From: a virus
Taxonomy: Duplodnaviria; Caudoviricetes
IMG/VR virus record: IMGVR_UViG_3300005915_000032
Coordinates: 1-46,671 of that record
Strand: one strand, 5' to 3'
Length of the DNA stretch: 46,671 bases
Shown here: in pieces, positions 10,081-20,317 of the stretch
Layout of the letters: each line of letters opens with the position of its first letter
How positions within the stretch are numbered: the stretch's first letter is position 1
Program-made: the position numbers and the translations under genes
Notes under the pieces: model-generated
Told to the model about the DNA's origin: nothing
Seen by the model: only the letters and a program-made list of their open reading frames with translations
Databases searched by the model: none

Positions 10081-11067
10081 ATGTACACAGAAAATTCTGG
10101 ATATGGCTTAAAAGAAATGATTAGAGCACATATCCAACTTCCAGTTTTTGGAAAAATATTAATTGTATGTCCTACATCTGATCCTAATTATGATAGGCTT
10201 ACACAAATGGCTAAACCAGATTCTTCTGGAGATGCTACAGCAATTCGTTTATACACCACTTTAGAACTTGCATACGCAGCAGCAACAACAAACCAGAATG
10301 ATGTGATTTTACTTTCAGGTAATTCAAATCACGCTGTAGCAGCTGGTATTGCTTGGACTAAATCAAGAATTCATGTAATCGGCATGGATGGTGGTGATAG
10401 ATTGGTACAACAAGGATCTAAAGTACAAGGTGCTTCAACAAGCGCTTATGTAATTAAGGTTACTGGTACTAGAAATACTTTCAGAAATGTTAAGTTTATT
10501 CAAGCTGGTACAACTGGAACATCTCTTCATGTTCTTGAAGAAGGTGCTGAAGGTTCAGTTTATAAAAACTGTTCATTCGTATTCGGTGCAGTTAATAATC
10601 TTGATGAAACAACAGCTACTGAAGTTCTTTGTGGCTCTGACTCTGCAACATTCCTTAATTGTTTGTTCGGAACAGAAACATTATTGACTTCTGCCGCTAG
10701 AGCAGTATTCACTATTGATCAAGTTACAGCAAATCAAGAATTTAAGAGTAATATCTTAAAAGATTGTATCTTTGTAGTTTCTTCATCTGATGCTGATGCA
10801 CTTCTTTTGAAAGTTGCAGCAAACACAGACGTACTATTTACAAACCTATTTATCAATCCGATAATGATGGCTTCAATAGATACTACTGGAGGTATTGCAT
10901 TAACAATCGCAGCAGCTTCTGCTGGTTCTCTTGTAAAGGGAACATTGAATTTTGCAAATCTTTCAACATTCAACTGTGGAAGTTTCATGACAACATCTGA
11001 TCAAGTAATGGTTACTGGTAATATTCCAACCGCTGCTACTTCAGGTATTGCAGTTACACCAGCTTAA
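10081..11067 (+). CDS. right-handed beta-helix (pectate-lyase-like) virion protein
   Basis: 'TLELAYAAATTNQNDVILL' cap plus repeated F.NC.F rungs. Confidence 0.6.
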   Translation: MYTENSGYGLKEMIRAHIQLPVFGKILIVCPTSDPNYDRLTQMAKPDSSGDATAIRLYTTLELAYAAATTNQNDVILLSGNSNHAVAAGIAWTKSRIHVIGMDGGDRLVQQGSKVQGASTSAYVIKVTGTRNTFRNVKFIQAGTTGTSLHVLEEGAEGSVYKNCSFVFGAVNNLDETTATEVLCGSDSATFLNCLFGTETLLTSAARAVFTIDQVTANQEFKSNILKDCIFVVSSSDADALLLKVAANTDVLFTNLFINPIMMASIDTTGGIALTIAAASAGSLVKGTLNFANLSTFNCGSFMTTSDQVMVTGNIPTAATSGIAVTPA

Positions 11068-11085
11068 TAATTAATATAAATCTTT

Positions 11086-11217
11086 ATGAAAAGTAAAAAA
11101 GATGTAAAAAAGATTAAAGAAGTATTGATTGTGAAGCAAGAGACTGTCGAGGTAAAGGGTGAATCGAAAATCAAATATACACTTTCTGATGGAAGTGTTC
11201 AATATAAAGGACTTTAA
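11086..11217 (+). CDS. small protein (43 aa)
   Basis: Hand-translated MKSKKDVKKIKEVLIVKQETVEVKGESKIKYTLSDGSVQYKGL. Confidence 0.5.
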   Translation: MKSKKDVKKIKEVLIVKQETVEVKGESKIKYTLSDGSVQYKGL

Positions 11218-11262
11218 TCTTCTGAAGGAGAGGGCTTACACCCTCTCTCATTAGAAGATTAA
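11213..11262 (+). promoter_or_regulatory. long intergenic hairpin (processing/stability element)
   Basis: TTTAATCTTCT..GAGAGGG-CTTACA-CCCTCTC..AGAAGATTAAA. Confidence 0.5.
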
Positions 11263-11285
11263 ATTAATTAAATAATTATAATATT

Positions 11286-11684
11286 ATGAGACAATATCAA
11301 GAATACACAATATTTAGTGGTAAAGGCACTACTGGTATCGGTATTAATATCTTAGCTGAAGATTTCAAACACGCTATCTTCTCAATCGCTAGTGATGGCG
11401 GTGGTGATGCAGCAGCTACTGTAAAAATAGTAGGCTCTGTTTCAGAAGATGCACCAAATTTTGCAGCTGCTCAATCTGTATCAAATATGTATGACTTCAT
11501 ACAGTTAGTTGACTATGAAGATGGTTCGGCTAAAAACGGTGATGAAGGAATCGTCTTCTCATCTGCTGACGACTATAGACTAGCTGAAGCGAATGTGAAT
11601 GGTTTAAGATACTTAAATGCAAGAATAACAGCTATAACTGCCGGTGAATTAACAGTGAAAGTTAAATTATATAATAATCAATAA
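11286..11684 (+). CDS. putative virion structural protein
   Basis: Beta-rich 132 aa in structural module. Confidence 0.55.
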   Translation: MRQYQEYTIFSGKGTTGIGINILAEDFKHAIFSIASDGGGDAAATVKIVGSVSEDAPNFAAAQSVSNMYDFIQLVDYEDGSAKNGDEGIVFSSADDYRLAEANVNGLRYLNARITAITAGELTVKVKLYNNQ

Positions 11685-11689
11685 AATAT

Positions 11690-12535
11690 ATGAGAAGAGT
11701 ATTTGCACAACAGCCCGATAAAACAAAAAAACAAAAACAACAGGAAGATGTTTCTAGGGTTCTTGCTATGGAAACTTCTCAATTAGACAAGGTAAAGAAA
11801 GAAAAGAAAAAACTATTAGATGAAATTAGTGGACTAAAAAAAGATCATAAGAAGCAAGAAGAATTATTAGCTAATAAAGAAGAAGAGGTTGAAGTTGTTA
11901 AGGAAGAGATCGCCGGAGAAAAAGGTATATTAATGTCTATCAAGGTCGACATTTTAGAGGTTGACCTAAAAAAAGAAACTGTAGCTAATGAATTAAAGGA
12001 CCAAGAGAAACAAGCTGAGAAGGAGAATAAAAAAGCTAAAGATGATTTTAGCAAACTAAAGAGTGACATTGAATTTGAGATAGAAGATTTACGAGAAGAT
12101 GAGGCTATCCTAACCCAAAATACACAAAAGAAGGAATATGAATTAGACGAAATTTCTAAAAAAATTGTTTCTAAAAACAAAGTAGCTAAAGCACGAGAGC
12201 AAAAGATTATTGACTGCGATGCAAATATCGTTGTGAAGAATAGAGAATTAAAGAAACTTGATAACTGGATTGAAACAAAGAACTTTAGCAATGAAGCATA
12301 CGAAGAGAAATTAAAAGTTGCCAAAGGACAGATCAAAGAAGTAGAGAAGAAGAAAGAAAAGGCAGATAAAGAGTTAAAAGTGAAGGATGAAGAGTTGGTT
12401 AAAAAGAATAAGGAGTTTAAACAAATCAAGAGTGAAATGCTCGGGATGATTAAGCGAGAAGAAAAAATGAATAAATTAATTCCTCAAATGAAGGAATTAG
12501 CTAAAAAGGCAAAGATTAAAATTGATTTAGAATAA
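11690..12535 (+). CDS. long coiled-coil protein
   Basis: E/K-rich heptad pattern throughout. Confidence 0.65.
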   Translation: MRRVFAQQPDKTKKQKQQEDVSRVLAMETSQLDKVKKEKKKLLDEISGLKKDHKKQEELLANKEEEVEVVKEEIAGEKGILMSIKVDILEVDLKKETVANELKDQEKQAEKENKKAKDDFSKLKSDIEFEIEDLREDEAILTQNTQKKEYELDEISKKIVSKNKVAKAREQKIIDCDANIVVKNRELKKLDNWIETKNFSNEAYEEKLKVAKGQIKEVEKKKEKADKELKVKDEELVKKNKEFKQIKSEMLGMIKREEKMNKLIPQMKELAKKAKIKIDLE

Positions 12536-12539
12536 AAAT

Positions 12540-12824
12540 ATGGCAGATAGAGCTGTTGAAGTAAAATCGAATATATTTGATGATAGTCAAGCTATTATTA
12601 ATCCTGCGACAGAGGCGAAACAAGATGATACTATAACTGAATTAGAAAAGCTAGTAGGCTTTGAAATACCACCTTATGATGAGATAGATATTACTTATGT
12701 AGCTACTGGAAATGGTGCAGGAGAGATTGAAACAGTTATATTTAGTTCTAGCGCAACTCCTCACACAACATTGACTCTGTCATATGATTCAGACAACTCA
12801 TTAATTAATGTAATTAAAAGTTAA
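12540..12824 (+). CDS. putative virion/fibre accessory protein
   Basis: 'NPATEAKQD' motif seen in phage fibre-like proteins; abuts fibre gene. Confidence 0.5.
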   Translation: MADRAVEVKSNIFDDSQAIINPATEAKQDDTITELEKLVGFEIPPYDEIDITYVATGNGAGEIETVIFSSSATPHTTLTLSYDSDNSLINVIKS

Positions 12825-14975
12825 ATGGGATTTAAGTTTAACCCTTTTACGGGAAAATTAGATATAGTAAATGAATTTTCGCCTGCCAATACTTTTACTA
12901 TTGCTGAATCTGGTGGAGATTATACTACAATCCAAGCAGCACTAGATGATAATGTAACAACTGATACTTTATTTTTAGTTTACCCTGGAACATATACTGA
13001 TGATACAATACATTTCACAGCTAACAATCAAGAAATCAGAGGTATGGGAATTAGTCCCTCGAGTGTTAAGGTTACTACAGCTAGCTCAAACATAGTAGAT
13101 TACGGAGACTTTACTAGATGCAGAATAAATAGAATGAAAATGGAAGTTACGGCTGGAACAACTCTTGTCCATACGGTTACAGGTGCAGCAGGAAGTTGTA
13201 ATTTAGTAAAATGTCATACAGTTATGACGACTTCTTATGCGACAGCAGGAATTCAACCATCTTGTATCCATAGCGAAGGAGCAGGGACAGTCAAAGTTTC
13301 AGAGGGAACAGTAGAATATAATCACTCAGGAAGCAACGCTGCTGTAGCCAAAGCTCTGTTAAATTGTGAAGCAAACGATTGTTCTACAACGTTTGAACTT
13401 GCCAATATAAACATTGTTTGTTCAGGTGCTTCTTTTGTAAGTGGTTTATCCTTCGGAACCGGTGCTACGGAAATCTATATGGACAGATGTTTTTATGAGA
13501 TTGAAGATAACGGAACAGCGATAGTAGTAGGTTTATATGTTGGAGGAGCTGCCACTGGTGAATTTTTATACAACTCAGTCCATATTAAAGGGACTGGAGT
13601 ATTGGCTGTAGGAATGTATATTAACGCGGCGGGAGCAGACGTTAGAAGTATATATAATCATATTCATATTGAAGGTGCTACAGCTAATAACTCTTTTTAT
13701 ATAAACGATGTTAACTCCACTATAATATCACAGTTTGACGATATTATTGCTGCTGAAGGTACAGTAAATACAAACGATACAGGTACTATTACGAAAGTAA
13801 ATTCAGAAGATGACGGAGATTTAACGCTTACTGGCACATTAGATGTTACTGGAGAAGCAACGATAGGAGATGGTTCAAAGTTAAAAACAAATGCTGCACC
13901 AGTTGCAGATGAAGAAATTGCAAATAAAAAATATGTTGATGATGCTAATGCAATTCAAGATACAGCAATAGGATTAAATACATCTAAAGTCACAAACGCT
14001 ACACACACAGGAGAAGTAACTGGAAGTGGAGCTTTAGCAGTAGCTGATAATATAATAGACGAAGCAAACCTTAAACTAGACGAAGCACCGACAAATGACC
14101 ATGTTCTAACTGCTGATTCTGCTAAATCAGGTGGAATGAAATGGGCGGCAGGAATAAGAGCATTTTTAGCTTTAACAGATACACCAAGTGCTTATACCTC
14201 TCAGGCAGGTCGTGTTCCTAGTGTTAATACTGGAGAAACTGCACTTGAATTTGATGATACTGTTTTTATTGATTCTGTTAATACGAGATTAGGAATAGGA
14301 ACAGCAGCACCAGATAGCCTTTTACACGTTTTAACTCCAAACAACTCTGAAAATATGTTATTTGAAACAACAGATACAACTTTCGGAAGAATTGGTTTTG
14401 ATTTGAAAACAGGATTTACAGCAAACGCAGGAGATTTTTTTAGATTTAATTTCAGAGGAGATAAAACTGATGTCGTTCAGACGGTATGGGATGAATCAGC
14501 GTCAGCATTTAAAGAATTAAGTAATTGGAATTATATTTCGGATTGTATAGATTATGGAGATACGCAATTTGTAGATATAAATGTGGGAGATAGTGCATCA
14601 AATTTCCCCCTTAATATTTTAGGGAAAGATAATGCTTTTTTGAGATTTGATAATAACCACACAGCATTGGGAGATGTTAGGTGTGGATTGGCAGGGTCAG
14701 ACTTTACAATTTGGGCAGGAGGAGCAGTTAAGATGACTGTTAAAAGCGATGGTAAGGTAGGAATAGGAACAACAAGCCCAGACACAAAACTCCACGTAGA
14801 CGGAGCAATAACAACAAATGAATTATCAGCAGACCCAAGCGACCCAGCAGAAGGAAGTAATGTACAATGGCAGTCAGACGGCACTGGTTCTGGTGATGAC
14901 GGTGATATATTAATGAAAATAACAGCAGGAGGAGTAACTAAAACAACAACATTAGTTGACTTCTCGGCATTATAA
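12825..14975 (+). CDS. tail fibre/spike protein
   Basis: N-terminal FNPFTGKLD, 'GDYTTIQAAL..PGTY' beta-helix start, 'ANKKYVD', 'LTDTPSAY', two GIGT..P...LHV repeats. Confidence 0.75.
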   Translation: MGFKFNPFTGKLDIVNEFSPANTFTIAESGGDYTTIQAALDDNVTTDTLFLVYPGTYTDDTIHFTANNQEIRGMGISPSSVKVTTASSNIVDYGDFTRCRINRMKMEVTAGTTLVHTVTGAAGSCNLVKCHTVMTTSYATAGIQPSCIHSEGAGTVKVSEGTVEYNHSGSNAAVAKALLNCEANDCSTTFELANINIVCSGASFVSGLSFGTGATEIYMDRCFYEIEDNGTAIVVGLYVGGAATGEFLYNSVHIKGTGVLAVGMYINAAGADVRSIYNHIHIEGATANNSFYINDVNSTIISQFDDIIAAEGTVNTNDTGTITKVNSEDDGDLTLTGTLDVTGEATIGDGSKLKTNAAPVADEEIANKKYVDDANAIQDTAIGLNTSKVTNATHTGEVTGSGALAVADNIIDEANLKLDEAPTNDHVLTADSAKSGGMKWAAGIRAFLALTDTPSAYTSQAGRVPSVNTGETALEFDDTVFIDSVNTRLGIGTAAPDSLLHVLTPNNSENMLFETTDTTFGRIGFDLKTGFTANAGDFFRFNFRGDKTDVVQTVWDESASAFKELSNWNYISDCIDYGDTQFVDINVGDSASNFPLNILGKDNAFLRFDNNHTALGDVRCGLAGSDFTIWAGGAVKMTVKSDGKVGIGTTSPDTKLHVDGAITTNELSADPSDPAEGSNVQWQSDGTGSGDDGDILMKITAGGVTKTTTLVDFSAL

Positions 14976-14979
14976 ATTT

Positions 14980-15285
14980 ATGAAAACTTACACATTATCT
15001 TCCTTAAATGTAGAAGACGAACAAAAAACAATTACAATTAGTGAAGAAATAACTGAAACAAAAGAAGAAAGAATAAGCGTAGCTCAATTAAAAGAAAAGT
15101 ACTCTAGCAAAATGGTACAAATTGACAACATTAAAGAACAAATAAACGAGATTATCGAACAAATGCAAGCTATTAATGATAATGCAGATATAGATATTAG
15201 TGTTGATAATATCCCTGTTAAATTAATTTATGAAGCGAAAATAGATTTAAAAGATGTTAATGAGAAATTGACACCAATTATTTAA
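14980..15285 (+). CDS. hypothetical coiled-coil protein (possible fibre chaperone)
   Basis: Follows fibre gene; second ATG (14980) is the likelier start. Confidence 0.55.
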   Translation: MKTYTLSSLNVEDEQKTITISEEITETKEERISVAQLKEKYSSKMVQIDNIKEQINEIIEQMQAINDNADIDISVDNIPVKLIYEAKIDLKDVNEKLTPII

Positions 15286-15384
15286 AGGAACTAAAAGAGA
15301 AAGGTACAGACAAGCTTTCTAAATCAGAGATAAGCGAAATGCTCAATCTTATATTAGAATATTTAAGAATTTAAAATAAACAAT

Positions 15385-16386
15385 ATGAAAAAAATCTTTT
15401 TAATAATCGGAATCATGATACTACTTTCAGGATGTTCAGCTAAAGACATGTTAGTAGGTGGTAGAACATTCGCAGGTAGACTCACTGATCTAAGTAATGT
15501 AGACACTACTACATTAGAGTCTGGATTTATATTATCCTATGATGGTTCCATTTGGAACTCAACATCTACTGTAGATGGGAGTATTACAGTTAATACTGGT
15601 TTTCTATTAAATAATGATATAGGAAATAATTCAATAGACGGATTAACAAATGAGAACGCTATAACAATATCAGGTGATGAATTAACTGTTGCATCCGGTG
15701 ATATTTTTATTACAAACGCTAATGCTTTAACTTTCACTAATAGTAATATAGAATTTAGACTAAACAATGATGAGGTATTAACTTTAGATAGTGTTTCTAC
15801 AAGTGCAGTAAATGAATTATTAATACAAAATAGTACTACAACTAATGCAGTACAAATCCAAACAGCAGGAGGAGATACAAATATTGACCTAGCAATAATG
15901 CCAAAAGGTACTGGTAATGTAGGCATTGGAACAAACGTACCCGATAATCTATTAACAATAAATGGTAATTATGGTGGATTTGCAGAAGGTGATGAGATTC
16001 TTATTCCCACTTCGGGATTTAATGCAAGATTATTTGGTGGCGACACTACGGCTTTAGGTTCAAATCTAATAACAATAACAACAAGCAAAAGTCTTAATAT
16101 TCAAATTGATAATGATGATAATGCCACTACAGAAGTTTTTGAAATTGGATCAAATAGTACTTCCGCAGACGGAGTGAATTATAGTTCATTATTTAGAGTG
16201 CAAGAAGATGGTAAAGTTGGGATAGGAACGACCACTCCAAATTCAGAATTGAGTGTAACCGGTGAAGTAAGTATCACAGGTATATCAGGAGACGGCACTG
16301 GTTCTGTTGTTTGCATTAAAGCTGACGGAGATTTAGGAACATGCTCAGACCAGCCAGACGGAAGTGGTAATTGCACTTGTAGTTAA
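15385..16386 (+). CDS. predicted lipoprotein with tail-fibre-type repeats
   Basis: MKK + hydrophobic core + lipobox LLSG-C; 'LTDLSNVD', 'PKGTGNVGIGT', 'DGKVGIGTTTP' fibre motifs. Confidence 0.65.
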   Translation: MKKIFLIIGIMILLSGCSAKDMLVGGRTFAGRLTDLSNVDTTTLESGFILSYDGSIWNSTSTVDGSITVNTGFLLNNDIGNNSIDGLTNENAITISGDELTVASGDIFITNANALTFTNSNIEFRLNNDEVLTLDSVSTSAVNELLIQNSTTTNAVQIQTAGGDTNIDLAIMPKGTGNVGIGTNVPDNLLTINGNYGGFAEGDEILIPTSGFNARLFGGDTTALGSNLITITTSKSLNIQIDNDDNATTEVFEIGSNSTSADGVNYSSLFRVQEDGKVGIGTTTPNSELSVTGEVSITGISGDGTGSVVCIKADGDLGTCSDQPDGSGNCTCS

Positions 16387-16404
16387 TAAATTAAATAAAA
16401 TCTT

Positions 16405-16527
16405 ATGAAAAACATAATTCCGATAATTATTTTTATAACATCAATACCACTTATACTATTTATCGTCGCTCTCGATCGTATATTACTCGGGAGTGAAGAG
16501 AATAGAATGATGGAGGATTATAATTAA
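16405..16527 (+). CDS. small single-TM protein (40 aa)
   Basis: Hand-translated; hydrophobic N-terminal half. Confidence 0.5.
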   Translation: MKNIIPIIIFITSIPLILFIVALDRILLGSEENRMMEDYN

Positions 16528-16541
16528 TTAAAATAAACTTT

Positions 16542-16742
16542 ATGCAAATTTTAAAACAAATACTAGATTACCTAGATGGTAAAAAGAACATTATAGCAGG
16601 TGTTATAATGACAACTGTTACTTATCTAGCTTCAGCAGGGCAATTAGATGCAGTAACTGCAACTTACATTAACGCTGTCGTAACATTAATCTTTGGGTCT
16701 GCAAGTGTTGCAACTGGAAAGATGTTGGGAGGTAGAAAATAA
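16542..16742 (+). CDS. holin-like membrane protein
   Basis: 66 aa, 'LDGKK' then two TM segments and basic C-terminus. Confidence 0.6.
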   Translation: MQILKQILDYLDGKKNIIAGVIMTTVTYLASAGQLDAVTATYINAVVTLIFGSASVATGKMLGGRK

Positions 16743-16786
16743 TTAAATAATAAGGAGTAGGGGAGGGTTTAAAAGAGTAAAAAACT

Positions 16787-17032
16787 ATGAGTGACAACGA
16801 ATTAAAAAAAATAGTACAATATCATTCTGATTGTATAAAAAGGTTTGATGAAGCATTGTTCGGTAATAAAGATAAAAAAGAATTAGGTATTTATGAGATG
16901 ACAACACAGATGCACAGTACGTTCAGGTCGCTAAAATTTTCAGGTAAATTTATATTAGGTTTTTTCGCAGGGATAGGTGTTATCTCTGGAGGAATATTTG
17001 CATTAATAAAACTTGTTAAAGCAATGGTATAA
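16787..17032 (+). CDS. C-terminal TM protein (lysis-module accessory)
   Basis: Soluble N-terminus with 'LFGN' and one C-terminal TM helix. Confidence 0.55.
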   Translation: MSDNELKKIVQYHSDCIKRFDEALFGNKDKKELGIYEMTTQMHSTFRSLKFSGKFILGFFAGIGVISGGIFALIKLVKAMV

Positions 17033-17043
17033 AAGGAGGGGTA

Positions 17044-17175
17044 ATGAAAAACTTAAAGTTCATTTCAAAAATTGTAGCATTTATATTCTTCGTTGTAGTG
17101 GTTCTTGCCCTTAATAAGGTAAGCGGAAAGTTCACCTATATCATAGGCTCATTGTTAGGCCTAGAGGAAGCTTAA
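17044..17175 (+). CDS. small membrane protein (43 aa)
   Basis: Hand-translated; preceded by AGGAGG; TAATG overlap with next gene. Confidence 0.55.
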   Translation: MKNLKFISKIVAFIFFVVVVLALNKVSGKFTYIIGSLLGLEEA

Positions 17176-17408
17176 TGCAGAAGAAAGAAAAAAATAGAAA
17201 ATATGTAGTATGCAGGAAATGCGGTAAATTCAAAAAGAGAACTAGACATCATATTTTTCCTCAATGTTTCTTCGGAAAAAAGAATACAATAATGTTGTTA
17301 TGCCCTGAGTGTCATCAGGAGATAGAGACAATAGTGCCTAAAGGAATAAAGCGTCCAAAAGGATGGTATTACAAAATCAACATGGAATGGCTGGAGGGAG
17401 CGATATGA
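17175..17408 (+). CDS. HNH endonuclease-like protein
   Basis: CRKC...TRHHIFP...N..LLCPECH. Confidence 0.75.
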   Translation: MQKKEKNRKYVVCRKCGKFKKRTRHHIFPQCFFGKKNTIMLLCPECHQEIETIVPKGIKRPKGWYYKINMEWLEGAI

Positions 17409-17625
17409 AAAAACAATATTTACATGTAAGACATGCAATAATAAGACTATCGGATGTTTCAATATCTTTTCAAAAGAAGCTGGTATGCCATGCTATATCT
17501 GCCCGGTGAAAGACAACTGCTCGATTTCAAAGAACGTCATGAAGTACGCAAACATATACAGAATTGAGCAAGAAGGATATTGTGAAGAATGCTATAAAAA
17601 TGAGTGTCAATTAGGACACGCATAA
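17405..17625 (+). CDS. Cys-rich small protein, apparent 1-base frameshift in A6 run after the ATG
   Basis: Frame KTIFTCKTC...MPCYICP..CEEC..GHA* is open 17410-17625; the ATG at 17405 joins it only with one extra A (alternative start 17485). Confidence 0.45.
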
Positions 17626-17627
17626 AC

Positions 17628-17652
17628 GGTAAGTCTCTTACTTACCTTTTTT
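17628..17652 (+). terminator. intrinsic terminator
   Basis: GGTAAG-7nt-CTTACC followed by T6. Confidence 0.55.
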
Positions 17653-17670
17653 ACAAATTAATTCGAATAT

Positions 17671-18747
17671 ATGAATTATCAAAAATTAACACATTTGCCA
17701 TACAGAATATTTAACGCTAGAGGAAGTGGTTTAAAAAAGACACCTAAAGATGATATGGATTTTAAGACTGGTATTTTTGGTTGGTTTGATTATAAGCCAA
17801 AACATACAAGCCATGTCATTAAAACTCTTTCGATTAGAAATCAACATTCATTTAATACTTGCCAATGGAATTCTACTACAGTGCAAAAAGAGACAGATGA
17901 AAGATGTAGATTAAGTGTAAGAAGTCTAGTTATTAAAGGTAAGGAAATGGGGTTAGTTTCCGGCAATGGTTTTTCAAATTTAAGAAGTGGACAAAAGGTT
18001 TTACAAAAATGGGGGATTTTAGAAGAAGGATTAATAGTCGGCGATATGGTAAATTGGAATAAGTACTCAGATAAAAATGCTATAAGAGGATTCGATGCAG
18101 AAGCTGCTAAACATAAGATTTCTTCATACTGGAGTGTGAGCTCACGTAATGATGTTTTTAAATTATTAGATGACAATAGAGTAATATCAACTGGGCTTAG
18201 ATGGTATACCGGATGGAATATGGGTGGAGGATTTAGACTTCCTTGGTTAATTTCAAGAGTTATAGGACTATGGGTAGGAGGACACGCTATTGCAATGATA
18301 GGTTATAAACTAAACTATAAAGGTAAAAAAGTATATGTTTGTCAGAATAGTTACGGTCCGACATGGGGGAATGATGGTAAATTCTATATAGAAATGGATC
18401 ATTTAGACAAGAATAGCTATGGATTTTTTACAAATCTTGATGAAGTAGATAAAGAACTTGGTGAATTTATAAATAAATTCGATGGCAAAAATGTTAAGGG
18501 CAAGGGTGATTCATCTATATACCATATCCAGAAGGGAAAAAAGAAACCGTACATGAATTGGTTGGCATATTTGTCCTTTAATGGTTTAACAAGAGGATTC
18601 GTCGAAGTAGATAAAAATGTTTTAGATAGAGTAGAAAAAGGGAACATCATGGATACTACAAAAAGTATATACTGGGATTTCCTAAAACAAGTAAAAGAAG
18701 ATAATCAATTAGATAAACTTTTAGAATTATTAAATAAAGAAGACTAA
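17671..18747 (+). CDS. papain-like (C1A) cysteine peptidase with C-terminal putative cell-surface-binding domain
   Basis: Q..(NT)C, GGHAIAMIGY, QNSYGPTWGNDGKFY catalytic motifs; C-terminal 'KGKGDSSIYHIQKGKKKPY' module. Confidence 0.8.
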   Translation: MNYQKLTHLPYRIFNARGSGLKKTPKDDMDFKTGIFGWFDYKPKHTSHVIKTLSIRNQHSFNTCQWNSTTVQKETDERCRLSVRSLVIKGKEMGLVSGNGFSNLRSGQKVLQKWGILEEGLIVGDMVNWNKYSDKNAIRGFDAEAAKHKISSYWSVSSRNDVFKLLDDNRVISTGLRWYTGWNMGGGFRLPWLISRVIGLWVGGHAIAMIGYKLNYKGKKVYVCQNSYGPTWGNDGKFYIEMDHLDKNSYGFFTNLDEVDKELGEFINKFDGKNVKGKGDSSIYHIQKGKKKPYMNWLAYLSFNGLTRGFVEVDKNVLDRVEKGNIMDTTKSIYWDFLKQVKEDNQLDKLLELLNKED

Positions 18748-18748
18748 T

Positions 18749-20299
18749 ATGTACAAAAAACTTTTAATTTTATTCACAATATTCTCAATGCTAATTGTTG
18801 GTATGCCAGCAGTTAAAGCATCAGGAGAAGCTACAGTTTTTAGACCATCGGATGGACATAGAAAAGTAGTAACAATCGGTGACCCGTCAGCATTTGATGG
18901 AGGCTATCTACTCGAAGTAGCTCAAGTAGTTAATATACCAGAAGACGTTCTAGGCTTCAGTGTAGTAACTGACTTCAGTAAAAGTCTTTCATCTTCTATG
19001 AGCTCTTCTCAGACTACTATCCCTGTTACATCTATGACAACTAAAGATGATGTTACATTAACAATGGGAATACTTGGGGCTAAGGTATTTCTAGTAATTG
19101 AACCGGGAAGACGTAAAGAAGAAATAGTAATGTGTACTGGTATTTCAGGAACATCATTCACTGGGTGTACTCGTGGCCTAGCTTTTTATGGTACTTCAAC
19201 AGCTTCAGTATCAGCCAATAGAGAGACACATAATTCAGGCTCACAGGTTATAATTTCAAATACTCATTATGTATATGATGAATTGGTAGATAAAGATTCA
19301 GCTGAGACAATTGCCGGCATTAAGACATTTAGCTCAATCCCGGTACTTCCAGCAACTAATCCAACAGATGATAACCAAGCAGCCAGAAAAGGTTATATTG
19401 ATAGTGTAGCTATTGCTGGTGGCGCAACATCAACTGAAACAGTATCAGGTATAGGGCAAATTGCCACACAGGCAGAACAAGCTAGTAATACATTTGTAGC
19501 AGCAAACCCTACATTTCTATCAACCAAGTATGCTAGTTCTACACCAGCGAGTAGATATACAGTTATTAGTAATACCGATAGCTTAATAGATCCTACATGG
19601 TATCAATCAAACGATCATACTTTTAGTGGTGCTAATACTTTTACTGGTAGTGCTATAGATAAAAATAGTAATGAAATTTTAGGTAATGTGCAAACAATGA
19701 CAGCTAGTTCTACCATAGCAGGAGCTACTCTACCAGTAGCAGTTTATTTAGCAACAAGCACAAGCGCTGTTAATGCAGTTGATGGCAATGATACAGGGAC
19801 AATGGAGTTTATAGGGTTTGCTATAACAAGTGCAGTCGATGGAGGAAGTATAGATGTACAGACTACTGGAATAGTAGCAGGGTTCACAGGGCTTACGGTT
19901 GGCAAAAATTACTACAGTCAAAATGATAAGACAATAGGCGTTACACCGCCTGGGAGTGCCATTATGGTAGGCACAGCAGTATCAGCTACAGAACTTAAAA
20001 TACAACAAGTCGGCGACCAGTATATGGGGAGTATTGGTTTGTCGAATAATGGCGTAAACTATGTGCCAGATAGTGTTAATAAGCTTGTAATATTATATGA
20101 GGTTGATAGTGGAGACACAGCGTTAGAAGGAAATATTACACTATACAGAGTTGGTTTAGTTAACCAAGAGGTAAGAATTGAGGAAGATAATGGAGTAGGA
20201 CCACAGGAAGCAAGGGTTAGATTCGTATGGACAGGTAATGAAATAACAACAACTAATGGAGATTTAGTAGGAAATGCAACACTACACATGTATAGATAA
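18749..20299 (+). CDS. tail needle/fibre-like virion protein with N-terminal signal peptide
   Basis: MYKK-hydrophobic-AVKA; 'ETIAGIKTFSSIP..AARKGYID' fibre motif; 'GFTGLTVGKNYY' module. Confidence 0.6.
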   Translation: MYKKLLILFTIFSMLIVGMPAVKASGEATVFRPSDGHRKVVTIGDPSAFDGGYLLEVAQVVNIPEDVLGFSVVTDFSKSLSSSMSSSQTTIPVTSMTTKDDVTLTMGILGAKVFLVIEPGRRKEEIVMCTGISGTSFTGCTRGLAFYGTSTASVSANRETHNSGSQVIISNTHYVYDELVDKDSAETIAGIKTFSSIPVLPATNPTDDNQAARKGYIDSVAIAGGATSTETVSGIGQIATQAEQASNTFVAANPTFLSTKYASSTPASRYTVISNTDSLIDPTWYQSNDHTFSGANTFTGSAIDKNSNEILGNVQTMTASSTIAGATLPVAVYLATSTSAVNAVDGNDTGTMEFIGFAITSAVDGGSIDVQTTGIVAGFTGLTVGKNYYSQNDKTIGVTPPGSAIMVGTAVSATELKIQQVGDQYMGSIGLSNNGVNYVPDSVNKLVILYEVDSGDTALEGNITLYRVGLVNQEVRIEEDNGVGPQEARVRFVWTGNEITTTNGDLVGNATLHMYR

Positions 20300-20317
20300 T
20301 AATTAACATAAAATAAT

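Noticed and set aside
15263-15374. Open frame EIDTNYLKELKEKG...LRI overlapping the end of the 14980 gene
   Set aside because: No in-frame ATG and no clear slippery site; cannot separate a real gene from an indel error
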